Below are positions 49,901 to 59,675 of a stretch of DNA of 64,000 bases, piece after piece. The notes beneath the pieces were generated by a model. The model was not told the DNA's origin. It saw only the letters and a list, made by a program, of their open reading frames with translations, and did not search any database. Source of the stretch: an uncultured delta proteobacterium (GTDB lineage: Bacteria > Myxococcota_A > UBA9160 > UBA4427); assembly GCA_963822965.1 (NCBI GenBank), contig CAWGJT010000010.1, positions 672,001 to 736,000 on the forward strand, read 5' to 3'. The number at the start of each line of letters is the position of its first letter. Position 1 is the stretch's first letter. Position numbers and translations under genes: made by a program.

Positions 49901-51467
49901 CCGCCACGCTGTGCCCGAGGTGCGCGTCCGACCTGGTTCGACTCGAGCTGGGCGTCGGCCGTCGCCGGGTCGCCGTCCGGCGATGCCCGGCGGCGCTGCC
50001 GAGGAAGACGAAGGCCGCCCCCTCGTTGTCTCGCCCGCGTCGTAGTAGGGGGCGCCCACGATGACGTCGTCGTAGCCGTCGCCGTTCACGTCGCCGGCGC
50101 CCGCCACGCTGACGCCGAACTCCGCGCCCTCCTGGTCCGACTCGAGCGGGCGTGCGGCCGTGGCGGGATCTCCGCTCGCGACGATCCCGGCGGCGCTGCC
50201 GAGGAAGATGAAGGCGCGCCCCCTCGTTGGTCTGGCCGCGTCGTAGAAGCGGGCTCCGACGATCACGTCGGCATAGCCGTCGCCGTTCACGTCGCCGGCC
50301 CCGGCCACGGACTCCGCCGAGGTACGCGGCCGCCTGGTTCGATTCGAGCTGGGTGTCCGCGGCCGTCGCATCTCCGTCCGCGATCCCGGCGCGCTGCCGA
50401 GGAAGACGAGCGCGACTCCCTCGTACGGCTGGCCCGCGTCGTCGTTGGGAGCTCCGACGATGACGTCCGCGTAGCCATCGCCGTTGACGTCGCCGGCCCC
50501 CGCGACGCTGTGGCCCAGGAAGGCCGATGTCTGGCTGGACTCGAGCTGCGCGTGCGCGGTGGCGGGGCTGCCGTCCGCGATGCCGGTCGCGCTGCCCAGG
50601 AAGACGAAGGCCGCCGCCGGAGTCCGGTCTGCGCCGCGTCATAGTTGGGGCGCCGACGATGACGTCCGCATAGCCGTCGCCGTTCACGTCACCGGCGCCC
50701 GCGACGCTGAAGCCGAAGGCCGCCGCCGTCTGGCTCGACGCCAGCTGGGTGTCGGCCGTCTCGGTCAGCAGGGGATCCACGACGACCGGATAGACCGCGT
50801 CGGCATCCTCCACGGCGAGCCGCAGCCGCTGCCCGGCGGGCAGCTCGATGCGGGTCGGCAGCGCCCTTCCCGTGGCGTCCCAGGCGCGCAGGTCGGCGTA
50901 GCGAAGCGTTCGACCCGTCGGGGTGTGGATCACCACGGCGTCGCCGCGAAGCGACGCGCTGGCGTCCTCGATCCGGAGCTCGATTGCGAGCGGACCGTCG
51001 CCCGCCGGACGCGCGGGTAGGTCGAAGCCTTGCTCGAGGCCCGCGTCGGAGTTCTCGTACCACTCGAGGACGTCCTGGTGCTGGATCTCGACGCGAGACC
51101 CTTCGCTCGCGATGCGCCCGGCTCCGGGCTCCGAGAGTCGCTGGCCGCGGCCGACGCCGGCGAGCACGAGCCCGAGGAGCCTCGGGCTGCCCGTGGCGGT
51201 GCGGTCGTGTATGCGAATTCCCGTCGGCTCGAAGTAGGTGCGGAGGTCGTGTGCGCGGTTCGGGGCCTGCAGGCCCCGGGCGCTCGGGGAGGCCCGATAC
51301 TCCCGCTGGGCGATTCCGCTCTGGACGCGAGCGAGCCAGCCGCCGGGAATGGCCGCCGCCTCGGGACTCCTGGCCCGGGTCCCGCGTGGGTTCGTCGCAC
51401 CGCAGCCCACCAGCACGACGATGGTCAGCATTCCCGCAAGCTCTCGCGTGTAGCCTCGCCTCGGCAT
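46916..51467 (-). CDS. Large FG-GAP (integrin-alpha-like) repeat surface protein with C-terminal choice-of-anchor-U-like domain and IPTL-CTERM-like tail; many frameshifts in the repeats
   Basis: N-terminal VVLVGC and EWYENSDAGLEQGF; 14 AGAGDVNGDGYADVIVGA units scattered over all three frames; YRKFGPT...WY...DGALGD...DGMIVDPGGP; LPALGPFGLALLAGALAGLG..RVRKR. Confidence 0.8.
48040..50730 (-). repeat. 14 coding FG-GAP repeats at ~200-bp period
   Basis: Recurring plus-strand GATGACGTCGGCGTAGCCGTCGCCGTTCACGTCGCC near 48041, 48237, 48440, 48652, 48848, 49052, 49252, 49451, 49656, 49861, 50061, 50261, 50461, 50661. Confidence 0.88.
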
Positions 51468-51565
51468 GTCTCCTCCCCGGCGCCGTCCCCCGGCGGGGCC
51501 GGGGAGGTGCCGGCTCGCGCAGGACGGAACCCTCGTCCCGATCCTTGCACGAGAGGAGCCCGCAG

Positions 51566-51595
51566 ATCCTGAGGCGAATCTGAAGCGATCCTGAA
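51566..51595 (-). promoter_or_regulatory. Three direct repeats at 11-bp period upstream of the FG-GAP gene
   Basis: Minus strand TTCAGGAT-cgc-TTCAGATT-cgc-CTCAGGAT. Confidence 0.62.
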
Positions 51596-51659
51596 ATCCG
51601 TCGTGGCGGGCTGCCGGGCGCGCCGCTCCGCCCCGTCGTGCGGCGCACGGGGCCGCGCT

Positions 51660-52634
51660 TCACATGCGGTACTCGATCTGCAGCCGCCCCGTGAAGGCCG
51701 GCGACCGACTCACCGCCGTGTCGACCGTGTCGCCGCTGCGGGTGGTGACCCGCCACTTCTGGTAGACGACCGCGCCGAGCTGGCCCTGGAAGCGCCAGTG
51801 CTTCGAGAAGCGCCAGCTCCAGCCGGCGACGACCGGTGCGGTGCGGTCCTGGAGGACGCCGCGGCCGACGTCCCCGTCCCGCTGCTTCAGCCGGTAGCGG
51901 TCGGAGTCCAGCGCGCCGCGCACGAAGAGCGTCAAGGGCTTGACCGGGCGGTACGCGATGCGTCCGCCCAGGCCGTCGGTCTCGATCTCGAGGTTCTCGG
52001 TCACCTTCCATCCCAGGGCCACCAGCGGGCCTACCGTGGCGCCGCCGCGCCCGAGTCGGGATCGCACCGCGACCCCGCCCACCACCGAGAGCCGGCCGGC
52101 GAAGAGGTAGCCCAGGCCCGCGAATCCCTCGCCCTGGATGCCCGACCCGTAGGGCGCCCCGCGCTCCCAGCGCGAGCGGAAGACGCCCCCTGCGACGAGC
52201 GACCACTCGTCGGAGAGCTGGTAGCGGGTCTCGAAGCGGAGCTGCGTAGAGAGCAGCTCGTCGAAGGGATCGCCGCGGGTGTTCCCGGTGTCCAGGAATC
52301 GGCGGTCGCCGTGGAACGCGTAGGCGTTGGCGGAGCCGGATGCGAGGAGCCGGATGGCGACGCGCCGGGACACGGGCGCCACGACCTGCGCCAGCAGCAG
52401 GGATCGGTAGGTGTCGACGTCGGCGCCCGAGAAGTCCTGATCGATGGTCCACTCCTCGGCGACCCGAACGCGCGGGCGCAGGCGCGTGACCCGTCCGAAG
52501 AGCTGGATGGCGCTGAACTCGTCCTCGACCACCCTCTCGATCGGGGGCGCGGGGTCGGGCTCGTTGGCGGCGGCCGCCGCCCCCGTGCCGGCCGTCACCG
52601 CGCCGGCCGCGACCGCGGCCAGGGCCCTCCACAT
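51660..52634 (-). CDS. Putative outer-membrane beta-barrel protein (DUF6268-like)
   Basis: Signal peptide MWRALAAVAAG...; amphipathic strands; C-terminal LQIEYRM; alternative GTG start at 52652. Confidence 0.6.
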   Translation of the reverse strand: MWRALAAVAAGAVTAGTGAAAAANEPDPAPPIERVVEDEFSAIQLFGRVTRLRPRVRVAEEWTIDQDFSGADVDTYRSLLLAQVVAPVSRRVAIRLLASGSANAYAFHGDRRFLDTGNTRGDPFDELLSTQLRFETRYQLSDEWSLVAGGVFRSRWERGAPYGSGIQGEGFAGLGYLFAGRLSVVGGVAVRSRLGRGGATVGPLVALGWKVTENLEIETDGLGGRIAYRPVKPLTLFVRGALDSDRYRLKQRDGDVGRGVLQDRTAPVVAGWSWRFSKHWRFQGQLGAVVYQKWRVTTRSGDTVDTAVSRSPAFTGRLQIEYRM

Positions 52635-52648
52635 GCCGCCGCGCCACC

Positions 52649-53788
52649 TCACGAGCCCGGCCCCTCGAAGCACGCCGCCGTCTCGATGTGGCTCGTGTAC
52701 GGAAAGAGCGCGAAGGCCTCGAGTCCCGACAGCCGCATCCGCCCCTCGTGCAGGAGTCGCCCGGCGTCGCGCAGGAAGGTGTCGAGCCCGCAGCTCGCGT
52801 AGACCAGGCGCGCCGGCGGGCTCGCGACCAGCGCGTCGCAGAGCGCCGGCTCGAGCCCCTTGCGCGGCGGATCCACGACGACCACCTCGGCGCCGGCCAG
52901 CACCTCGAGACACGACCCGGCCGGCCCCGCGACCACCCGGGCGCGAGCCTGCTCGACGGGCGGCCGCGCGGCGATCCCCTGCCGCAGGCCGGTCACGGCG
53001 TGGGGGGCCACCTCGTTGAAGCGAACCTCGCGGCTCCGCTCCAGCAGGCCGAGACCGATGGGACCCACGCCCGCGTGCAGCTCGGCGACGACCGCGCGGT
53101 CGGGCACCCAGGCCCGCAGCCGCTCCACCAGGCGTTCGGCCAGGACCGGGTGGCTCTGGCCGAAGGCGCCCGGCCAGTAGAAGACCCGCACGCCGGCCAC
53201 CTCGTCGGTGAGGGCCTCGTCGCCCGTCAGGTGCTCCCAATGGGGCCCCAGGATCACGTTCGTGCGATGCGGGTTGCCGTTCCACCAGCCGCTCGCGAGC
53301 CGCCCGCCGAGCGCTTCGGCGAGGAGACGCGCGACATCCCGCAGCGGGTCGGCGCGCTCCGCGTTCCCCACCAGCACCACCTGCGCGCGGGTGCCGCCCC
53401 GGGTCACGGCGATCTGCACCGAGCGGATCTGGCCCGCGTGAGGGCGCTCCGCATAGGGGGCGATCCCCTGACTGCGCAGGAGCTGCCGCAACACCGCCGA
53501 CACCTCGTTCACCAGCGGGTGGTGGGTGCGGCAGCGGGGAATGTCGGCGAGCCGGTGGCTCGCCTCCTGGAAGATCCCCAGCTTGGGGGAAGACGCCCGG
53601 CCACGGACCATCAGCCGGGCCCGGTGGCGGAAGCCCTCCCGAACCCCCTCGTGGACCGTCGGGACCGGCAGCCCCGCCCGATCGGCCAGCGCAGAGAGCC
53701 GGGCGAGCTGCGCGGGATCGAGTCCCGGCTCTCCGTAGCGGGGGCAGCCGGGGCAGGGCGGGCGATGGGGGCAGGCGGGAAGGTCCAT
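52649..53788 (-). CDS. RNA m5U methyltransferase, TrmA/RlmD family (no TRAM domain)
   Basis: CPHRPPCPGC, AFGQ, ELHAGVGPIG, VDPPRKGL, YASC, LFPYTSHIE. Confidence 0.85.
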   Translation of the reverse strand: MDLPACPHRPPCPGCPRYGEPGLDPAQLARLSALADRAGLPVPTVHEGVREGFRHRARLMVRGRASSPKLGIFQEASHRLADIPRCRTHHPLVNEVSAVLRQLLRSQGIAPYAERPHAGQIRSVQIAVTRGGTRAQVVLVGNAERADPLRDVARLLAEALGGRLASGWWNGNPHRTNVILGPHWEHLTGDEALTDEVAGVRVFYWPGAFGQSHPVLAERLVERLRAWVPDRAVVAELHAGVGPIGLGLLERSREVRFNEVAPHAVTGLRQGIAARPPVEQARARVVAGPAGSCLEVLAGAEVVVVDPPRKGLEPALCDALVASPPARLVYASCGLDTFLRDAGRLLHEGRMRLSGLEAFALFPYTSHIETAACFEGPGS

Positions 53789-53789
53789 G

Positions 53790-54539
53790 CTAGCCCTCGT
53801 GTCCGGCGGCGACGCCCGCGATGATGAGCTGGAGCAGCTCCTCGGGCCGGGTGTCCGCGCAGCGTCGGCTCGCGACCACCCGACCCGCTCGCATCACGAC
53901 GACCCGGTCGGAGAGGGCGAAGACGTCGTGCAGGTCGTGGCTCACGAGCACGATGGCGAGCCCCTGGTCCCGCAGCCGTCGCACGATCTCACCCACCTGG
54001 GCGGTCTCCTCGGGACCCAGTGCGGCGGTGGGCTCGTCGAGGATCAGCACCCGGGCCTGGAAGTGGATCGCCCGGGCGAGGGCCACCTGCTGTCGCTCGC
54101 CTCCCGAGAGCTGGCGCACGGGGCTGTGGAAGTCGCGGAAGCGCGGGTTGACGCGATGCAGGACCTCCCGGGCCACGCGCTCCATGGCGGACGCGTCCAG
54201 CAGGCCGAAGGCGTTGGTGCGCTCGCGTCCGAGGAAGAGGTTGGCGGCAGCGGGCAGGTTGTCGGCCAGGGCCAGGTCCTGGTACAGCGCCTCGATCCCC
54301 AGCGCGCGCGCCTGGCGCGGCGAGCCCAGCTCGACCGGGGCACCGTCGATCCGGATCTCCCCAGCGTCGAGTCGCAGCGCCCCTGCGAGCAACGCCATCA
54401 AGGTCGACTTGCCCGCGCCGTTGTGGCCCAGCAGGCCCACCACCTCGCCCGCCGCGACCTGGAAGTCCACCCCCTCCACCGCGTGCACGCCGCCGAACGA
54501 TTTGCGGACTCCGCGCATCTCCACCCGGGGCGTCGTCAC
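53790..54539 (-). CDS. xylG: Sugar ABC transporter ATP-binding protein (single domain)
   Basis: GHNGAGKST, YQDLALADNL, LSGGERQ, LDEPTAALG. Confidence 0.8.
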   Translation of the reverse strand: MTTPRVEMRGVRKSFGGVHAVEGVDFQVAAGEVVGLLGHNGAGKSTLMALLAGALRLDAGEIRIDGAPVELGSPRQARALGIEALYQDLALADNLPAAANLFLGRERTNAFGLLDASAMERVAREVLHRVNPRFRDFHSPVRQLSGGERQQVALARAIHFQARVLILDEPTAALGPEETAQVGEIVRRLRDQGLAIVLVSHDLHDVFALSDRVVVMRAGRVVASRRCADTRPEELLQLIIAGVAAGHEG

Positions 54540-55786
54540 GACGCGTCGCTCCAGGGCTCTTCGGCGCCGCGGCGCCGCGCCGCCACGTCGATCCAGACGG
54601 CGCCGATCAGCACGCCGCCGATGGCGATCTGCCGGACGGCGCTCGAGACGCCCAGCAGCACCATGCCGTTCTCCAGGCTCTGCATCAACACGGCGCCGAG
54701 GGCCGCACCGGCGATGCTCCCGCGCCCGCCGGCGAGGGACGTCCCGCCGATCACCGCGGCGGCGATGACGGACAGCTCGGCCAGGGTGCCCATGGAGCTC
54801 GTGCCCGCTCCGAGGCGCGCCGTCGTCACCACGGCGGCCAGGGCCGACAGCGCGCCCATCCCGGTGAAGACGCCGAGGGTCACCCGACGCACGTCGATGC
54901 CGGCTCGTACGGCCGCCCGGGGATTGCCGCCGATCGCCGTCACGTAGCGACCGAAGCGCGTGGCGCGGAACACGACGGCCATCGCGAGGGCGCTCGCGAT
55001 CCACAGGAGGACCGGAATCGGCACGCCCCGGGCGAGCTCGGTCCGGGGCTTCGGGTAGGCGTTCATCACCGCCACGAACGCGCCGAGCCCGAGCAGCCCG
55101 CCGCCGACCCGCACTGCGTCGGCCCAGGCCGGCCGCGGCGCGAAGCCGTGACGCCGGCGAGCGCGCCGCCCCTGCCAGCCGGCGACCGCGAGCGCGGCGC
55201 CCGCCACGCCGGCGAGCCCCCAGCTCGCCGGGCCGCCGATGGATCCGTCGATGCCGCCCCCGAGCACGCCGAAGCCCGGGGCCAGGGGCGTAACGGTGCG
55301 CCCCTCGGCGACCAGGTAGGCGGCGCCGCGGAAGGCGAGCAGTCCGCCCAGGGTGACGACGAACGCCGGCACACCCCGGTAGGCGACCCACCATCCCTGC
55401 CAGGCGCCGGCGAGGGCGCCGATCGCCAGACCCGCCGCCACCGACACCGGCCAGCTCCAGGCCGCGTCGGCGGGCAGCACCTCGGCCTGCAGCAAGGCCA
55501 CGGCCATGCCCGTGAAGCCCAGCAGGCTGCCCACCGAAAGGTCGATGTGACGCGCCGTGATGACCAGCACCATGCCGCTGGCCATCACGCCGACGACGCT
55601 GCTCTGCACGGCCAGGTTGTAGAGGTTGCGAGGCGTGAGGAAGAGCCCGCCGCTGGCCACGTCGAGGCCGATCCAGACGGCCGCGCCGGCGCCCAGCATG
55701 CCCAGCGTGCGCGGATCGATCTCGGCGGCCCGGAGCGCGGAGGCGAGCCGCCGCGCCGCCGCGCCCGCCGGCGCGGAGTCGGCCAT
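54536..55786 (-). CDS. xylH: D-xylose-type ABC transporter permease
   Basis: FLTPRNLYNL, HIDLSVGS, VPAFVVTLGG, AIGGNP, IAAAVIGGTSLAGG. Confidence 0.85.
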   Translation of the reverse strand: MADSAPAGAAARRLASALRAAEIDPRTLGMLGAGAAVWIGLDVASGGLFLTPRNLYNLAVQSSVVGVMASGMVLVITARHIDLSVGSLLGFTGMAVALLQAEVLPADAAWSWPVSVAAGLAIGALAGAWQGWWVAYRGVPAFVVTLGGLLAFRGAAYLVAEGRTVTPLAPGFGVLGGGIDGSIGGPASWGLAGVAGAALAVAGWQGRRARRRHGFAPRPAWADAVRVGGGLLGLGAFVAVMNAYPKPRTELARGVPIPVLLWIASALAMAVVFRATRFGRYVTAIGGNPRAAVRAGIDVRRVTLGVFTGMGALSALAAVVTTARLGAGTSSMGTLAELSVIAAAVIGGTSLAGGRGSIAGAALGAVLMQSLENGMVLLGVSSAVRQIAIGGVLIGAVWIDVAARRRGAEEPWSDAS

Positions 55787-55794
55787 GCGAACGC

Positions 55795-56847
55795 CTACCG
55801 GCAGGCCGGGGGCGGATCTTCGCCCACGTCGCGGCAGACGGTCTCGCGCGACACCCAGCCCGCGTCGATCACCACGTCCAGGCGATCGCGCGTGATGGCC
55901 TGGGGCTCCAGCAGGATGGCGTCGACCACGACGCCCCGGGGCCCGCGGCTCCAGGGCTGGGCGCCGGCAACGTCCCGACCCCGGGTGCCCTTCGCCAGCG
56001 CCAGCGCCACGGCCGCGGCACGGCGTCCCAGGAGTCGGGCGTCCTTCCAGACGGAGACCGTCTGCAGGCCGCGCGCCACGCGGGAGAGCGCGGCCTGGTC
56101 GCCGTCCTGTCCCGAGACGGGCAGCCCCTCGAGCCCCCGCGCGCGCAGCGCGGCCACCACGCCTCCTGCCATGCCGTCGTTCGAGCACACGACCGCGTCC
56201 ACCCGATCGGCGTTGGCCGTCAGGATCTGCTCCATGATGCGCTGGGCGAGCTCGGGCGACCAGCCGTCGACGTACTGGTCTCCCACCACCTCGATGCGAC
56301 CGGCGTCGAGCGCCGGCCACAGCGCTCCGAGCTGGCCCTGGTGGACGAAGTCGGCGTTGGGATCCGTCGGCGCGCCCTTGATGAACACGTAGCGACCTTC
56401 CGGACGCACGCGCAGGATCTCGCGCGCCTGGATGCGCCCCACCTCGACGTTGTCGAACGAGATGTAGAAGACCCCGGGCTGCTCGATGAGCCGGTCGTAG
56501 CCGATGACCGGGATGCCCTCGGCGCGCGCCAGGGCGACCGCCGGCGTGATGGCGTCGGCGTCCTGGGCGACGATCACCAGCACCTGGGCGCCGCGAGCGA
56601 TCAGGGTCTCGACGTCCGAGAGCTGCTTCTCGCTGGAGCTCTGGGCGTCGGCCGAGAGGTAGCGGGCACCTTCCGCTTCGAGGGCTTCGCGCAGGGCGGA
56701 CTCGTCGGTCTTCCAACGCTCCTCCTGGAAGTTCGACCAGCTCACCCCGACCTGGACGGGGCCCGCCAGCGCCGGCCCCGCTGCGAGCAGGCTCAGCCCG
56801 CACGCGGCCGGGAGCAGCCATTCCGTGATCCGGCGCCGCCGGCTCAC
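55795..56847 (-). CDS. xylF: D-xylose ABC transporter substrate-binding protein
   Basis: [52 protein letters not shown]. Confidence 0.87.
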   Translation of the reverse strand: MSRRRRITEWLLPAACGLSLLAAGPALAGPVQVGVSWSNFQEERWKTDESALREALEAEGARYLSADAQSSSEKQLSDVETLIARGAQVLVIVAQDADAITPAVALARAEGIPVIGYDRLIEQPGVFYISFDNVEVGRIQAREILRVRPEGRYVFIKGAPTDPNADFVHQGQLGALWPALDAGRIEVVGDQYVDGWSPELAQRIMEQILTANADRVDAVVCSNDGMAGGVVAALRARGLEGLPVSGQDGDQAALSRVARGLQTVSVWKDARLLGRRAAAVALALAKGTRGRDVAGAQPWSRGPRGVVVDAILLEPQAITRDRLDVVIDAGWVSRETVCRDVGEDPPPACR

Positions 56848-58049
56848 GCGATCACGCCCGCTTCGCGCAGCCGCGCGATGTCCTCGGCGGGCACGCCGAT
56901 CTCGCCCAGCACCGCGTCGGTGTGCTCTCCCAGGCCGGGGGCCAGCCGGCGGACGGCGAGCGGCGTCTTCTCGAACGTCCCTACCGGCTCGGGCGTGCGC
57001 ATGCGACCCGCGATGGGGTGGTCGTCCTCGCGCAGCAGCGCGTTCGCCTGCACCTGGGGATGCGCGTGGAGCTGGGCCAACGGTGTCACCGGCGCATGGG
57101 GGACGTCCTCCTCCACGAGGCGCGACACGAGTGCCTGGGTGGTCAGATCGGCCACCAGCGGCACCACCACGTCGTGCAGAGCGTCGGCGTGGCGCGCGCG
57201 GGCCCCGGCTCCGGCGAAGCGCGGGTCGTCCTGCAGCTCGGGGCGGCCGAGGGCGCGACAGAGGCCCCGGAACTCCGCGTCGCCCACCGTGCTGATGGCC
57301 ACGTAGCCGTCCTTCGTCCGGCGGATGGCGGGGAGGGTGGCCCGGCGCATCGCGCTCTCGGCCGGCTCCGCCTCGGCGCCCGTCCCTTCGTCCACCCAGG
57401 TGTAGTTCTGCATGCCGTCGGGCCACAGGAAGGAGATGCTCGCGTGGAGCATCGAGATCTCCAGGTGCTGGCCGCCGGCGCCGCGCTCCCGCGCGAGGAG
57501 GGCGGCGGTGACGGCCTGGGCGGTGGTGAGCGCCGTCGCCTTGTCGCACACCACGTTGCGGACGAAGGCGGGCTCGTTCGTCACGGGGTCGGCCTGGTGG
57601 GCCGCGAAGCCCGCATAGGCCTGCATCACCGAATCGTAGACGCGCCGGTTCGCATCCGGTCCTGCGCGTCCGAAGCCGCTGATCGAGACGTAGACGAGCC
57701 GCGGGAAGCGGGCGCGCAGGTGCTCGGGACCGATCCCCATACGGTCGGCGACGCCGGGCCGGAAGTTCTGGACGAACACGTCCGCCGTCGCCGCCAGCCG
57801 CTCGAGCAGCGCCACGCCGCGCGCGTCGGCGAGGTTCAGCACCACCGAGCGCTTGCTGCGGTTCAGGTTCGCGAAGACCGCAGACATGCCGTTCCGCGAG
57901 TTGCCGATCTGGCGGATGAGGTCGCCCGGGCCGGGCGGCTCGATCTTGATGACGTCCGCACCCTGGTCGCCCAGCAGCGCAGTCGCGAAGGGACCCGAGG
58001 CCATGGCGGTGAGATCGAGGATGCGGATGCCCGCGAGCGGTCCCGGCAT
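56844..58049 (-). CDS. Family III CoA-transferase (CaiB/BaiF)
   Basis: [34 protein letters not shown]. Confidence 0.9.
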   Translation of the reverse strand: MPGPLAGIRILDLTAMASGPFATALLGDQGADVIKIEPPGPGDLIRQIGNSRNGMSAVFANLNRSKRSVVLNLADARGVALLERLAATADVFVQNFRPGVADRMGIGPEHLRARFPRLVYVSISGFGRAGPDANRRVYDSVMQAYAGFAAHQADPVTNEPAFVRNVVCDKATALTTAQAVTAALLARERGAGGQHLEISMLHASISFLWPDGMQNYTWVDEGTGAEAEPAESAMRRATLPAIRRTKDGYVAISTVGDAEFRGLCRALGRPELQDDPRFAGAGARARHADALHDVVVPLVADLTTQALVSRLVEEDVPHAPVTPLAQLHAHPQVQANALLREDDHPIAGRMRTPEPVGTFEKTPLAVRRLAPGLGEHTDAVLGEIGVPAEDIARLREAGVIA

Positions 58050-58068
58050 GGGGCGGGACGATACCAGC

Positions 58069-59649
58069 TCAGCGCGGCTCGGACTCGCTCGCGGGGCCGG
58101 GCTCGAGGTCCCACAGGGTGAGTCCGGCGAGGTCGCGCTTTGCGGAGCCGGCGGCGGGCAGCAGGGCTGCCAACGCGTAGCCCACGGCGAACATCACGAC
58201 GTTCCCGATGACGGCGGTGTAGTAGGTATCGAAGGGCGCCGTCCAGGCTGCGGGGAAGACCCCCATCGTCCACAGGGTGAAGAGGCCGGTTGCGGCGATG
58301 CCGCCCCAGACGGCGCGGGCGTCGCCGATCCGCGTGGTGAAGCCGAGCCCGTAGATGGCGAGGATGCCGCCGCCCAGCAGGCTCGTGAGCTTGATGGACA
58401 CGTCCTGCAGGGTGGGGCCGGTGGCCTCGAGGAGCCAGACGGCGCCCCCGATCATCGCGACCGAGGCGGCGGCGGCGATCCACCAGGCGGCGCGCAGGTA
58501 GTGGCGGTCCCCCCGTCCGGGCGCCACGTGGCGGCGGTAGACGTCCACGATCGCGACGGTGGAGACGGCGTTGATGCTGGAGTCGAGGGAGGACATGCCG
58601 GCCGCCAGGGCGGCGGCGATCACCAGCCCGGCGATTCCCGGCGGCAGGTGGTGGAGCACGAAGTAGGGAACGATCTGCTCGGCGCGCCGGGTGCCGTCGA
58701 GCATCGCCGTGGCTTCGGCGTCCGGAAACACCTGGAAGAGGGCGAAGAGCGCGGTCCCCAGGAACATGTAGAAGAGCCACGTGGGCATGGCGACCCCCAC
58801 CGCCCAGGCGAGCGACTTGCGCGCCTCGCGCAGGGAGCGCGCGGCGCAGTAGCGCTGCACGAAGTGCTGGGCGGTGGTGTACTCGGTGAGGAAGAACGAC
58901 GCACTCATGAGCAGCATGAGGGGTGCCGTCTTGGCGCCGAGGTCGAAGCCCCAGCCCAGGGGCACGAGCCTGCCTTCCTGCAGGCTGCCGAAGCTCATCT
59001 TGTGGTGGGCCGCGGCGATCTCGAAGACCTGTCCGAGCCCGCCGGGCAGCTCCACCGCGATGGTTCCGAGGCAGAGCAGGCTGCCCGAGACGAGGATCAG
59101 CGTCTGCACGACGTCGGTCCAGATGACGGCGTCGATGCCGCCCATCACCGTGTACACGCCCACGAAGATCCCCGACGCCACGATGCAGAGGGTGATGTCC
59201 ACCCCGGTCAGCTCGTGGAACATGAGCCCCACGAGATAGAGCACGAGACTCACCCGCAGCAGCTGGGCGAGCACGTAGGTGGCGGCGCCGTACACCCGGA
59301 TCGACGGGCCGAAGCGCGCTTCGAGGTACTCGTACGCCGAGGTCGTACGGCCGCGGCGGAAGAACGGCACGATCCACACCCCGGCGACGAAGGCGGCCAG
59401 CGGCATGCACGCGTAGGGCAGGAAGCGGATCCAGGTGGTCTTGAAGGCGTCCGCCGGCATCGACAGGAAGGTGATCGAGCTGATGGCGGTGCCCACGATG
59501 CTGAGCCCGATCACCCAGCCCGAGAACGAGCGTCCGCCCAGGAAGTACTCCTCGGTGTCCCGGTTGCGGCGCGCGAAGAAGACGCCCATGCCCAGGACGG
59601 CGAGCGCGTAGGCGACGAGCACCGTCTGATCGAGCCAGTGAAGTCGCAC
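58069..59649 (-). CDS. Sodium:solute symporter (SSS family)
   Basis: GTG after GGGGAGG; EEYFLGGRS, SAYEYLEARFG, GGIDAVIWTDVVQ, AAGMSSLDSSIN. Confidence 0.9.
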   Translation of the reverse strand: MRLHWLDQTVLVAYALAVLGMGVFFARRNRDTEEYFLGGRSFSGWVIGLSIVGTAISSITFLSMPADAFKTTWIRFLPYACMPLAAFVAGVWIVPFFRRGRTTSAYEYLEARFGPSIRVYGAATYVLAQLLRVSLVLYLVGLMFHELTGVDITLCIVASGIFVGVYTVMGGIDAVIWTDVVQTLILVSGSLLCLGTIAVELPGGLGQVFEIAAAHHKMSFGSLQEGRLVPLGWGFDLGAKTAPLMLLMSASFFLTEYTTAQHFVQRYCAARSLREARKSLAWAVGVAMPTWLFYMFLGTALFALFQVFPDAEATAMLDGTRRAEQIVPYFVLHHLPPGIAGLVIAAALAAGMSSLDSSINAVSTVAIVDVYRRHVAPGRGDRHYLRAAWWIAAAASVAMIGGAVWLLEATGPTLQDVSIKLTSLLGGGILAIYGLGFTTRIGDARAVWGGIAATGLFTLWTMGVFPAAWTAPFDTYYTAVIGNVVMFAVGYALAALLPAAGSAKRDLAGLTLWDLEPGPASESEPR

Positions 59650-59675
59650 CCGTCCTCCCCGTCGCGCCCTTCGGC

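Noticed and set aside
48040..50730. Regular ~200-bp repeats as a CRISPR array or a diversity-generating retroelement target
   Set aside because: They encode FG-GAP blades; no cas or reverse transcriptase gene, and no adenine-specific TR/VR pair seen
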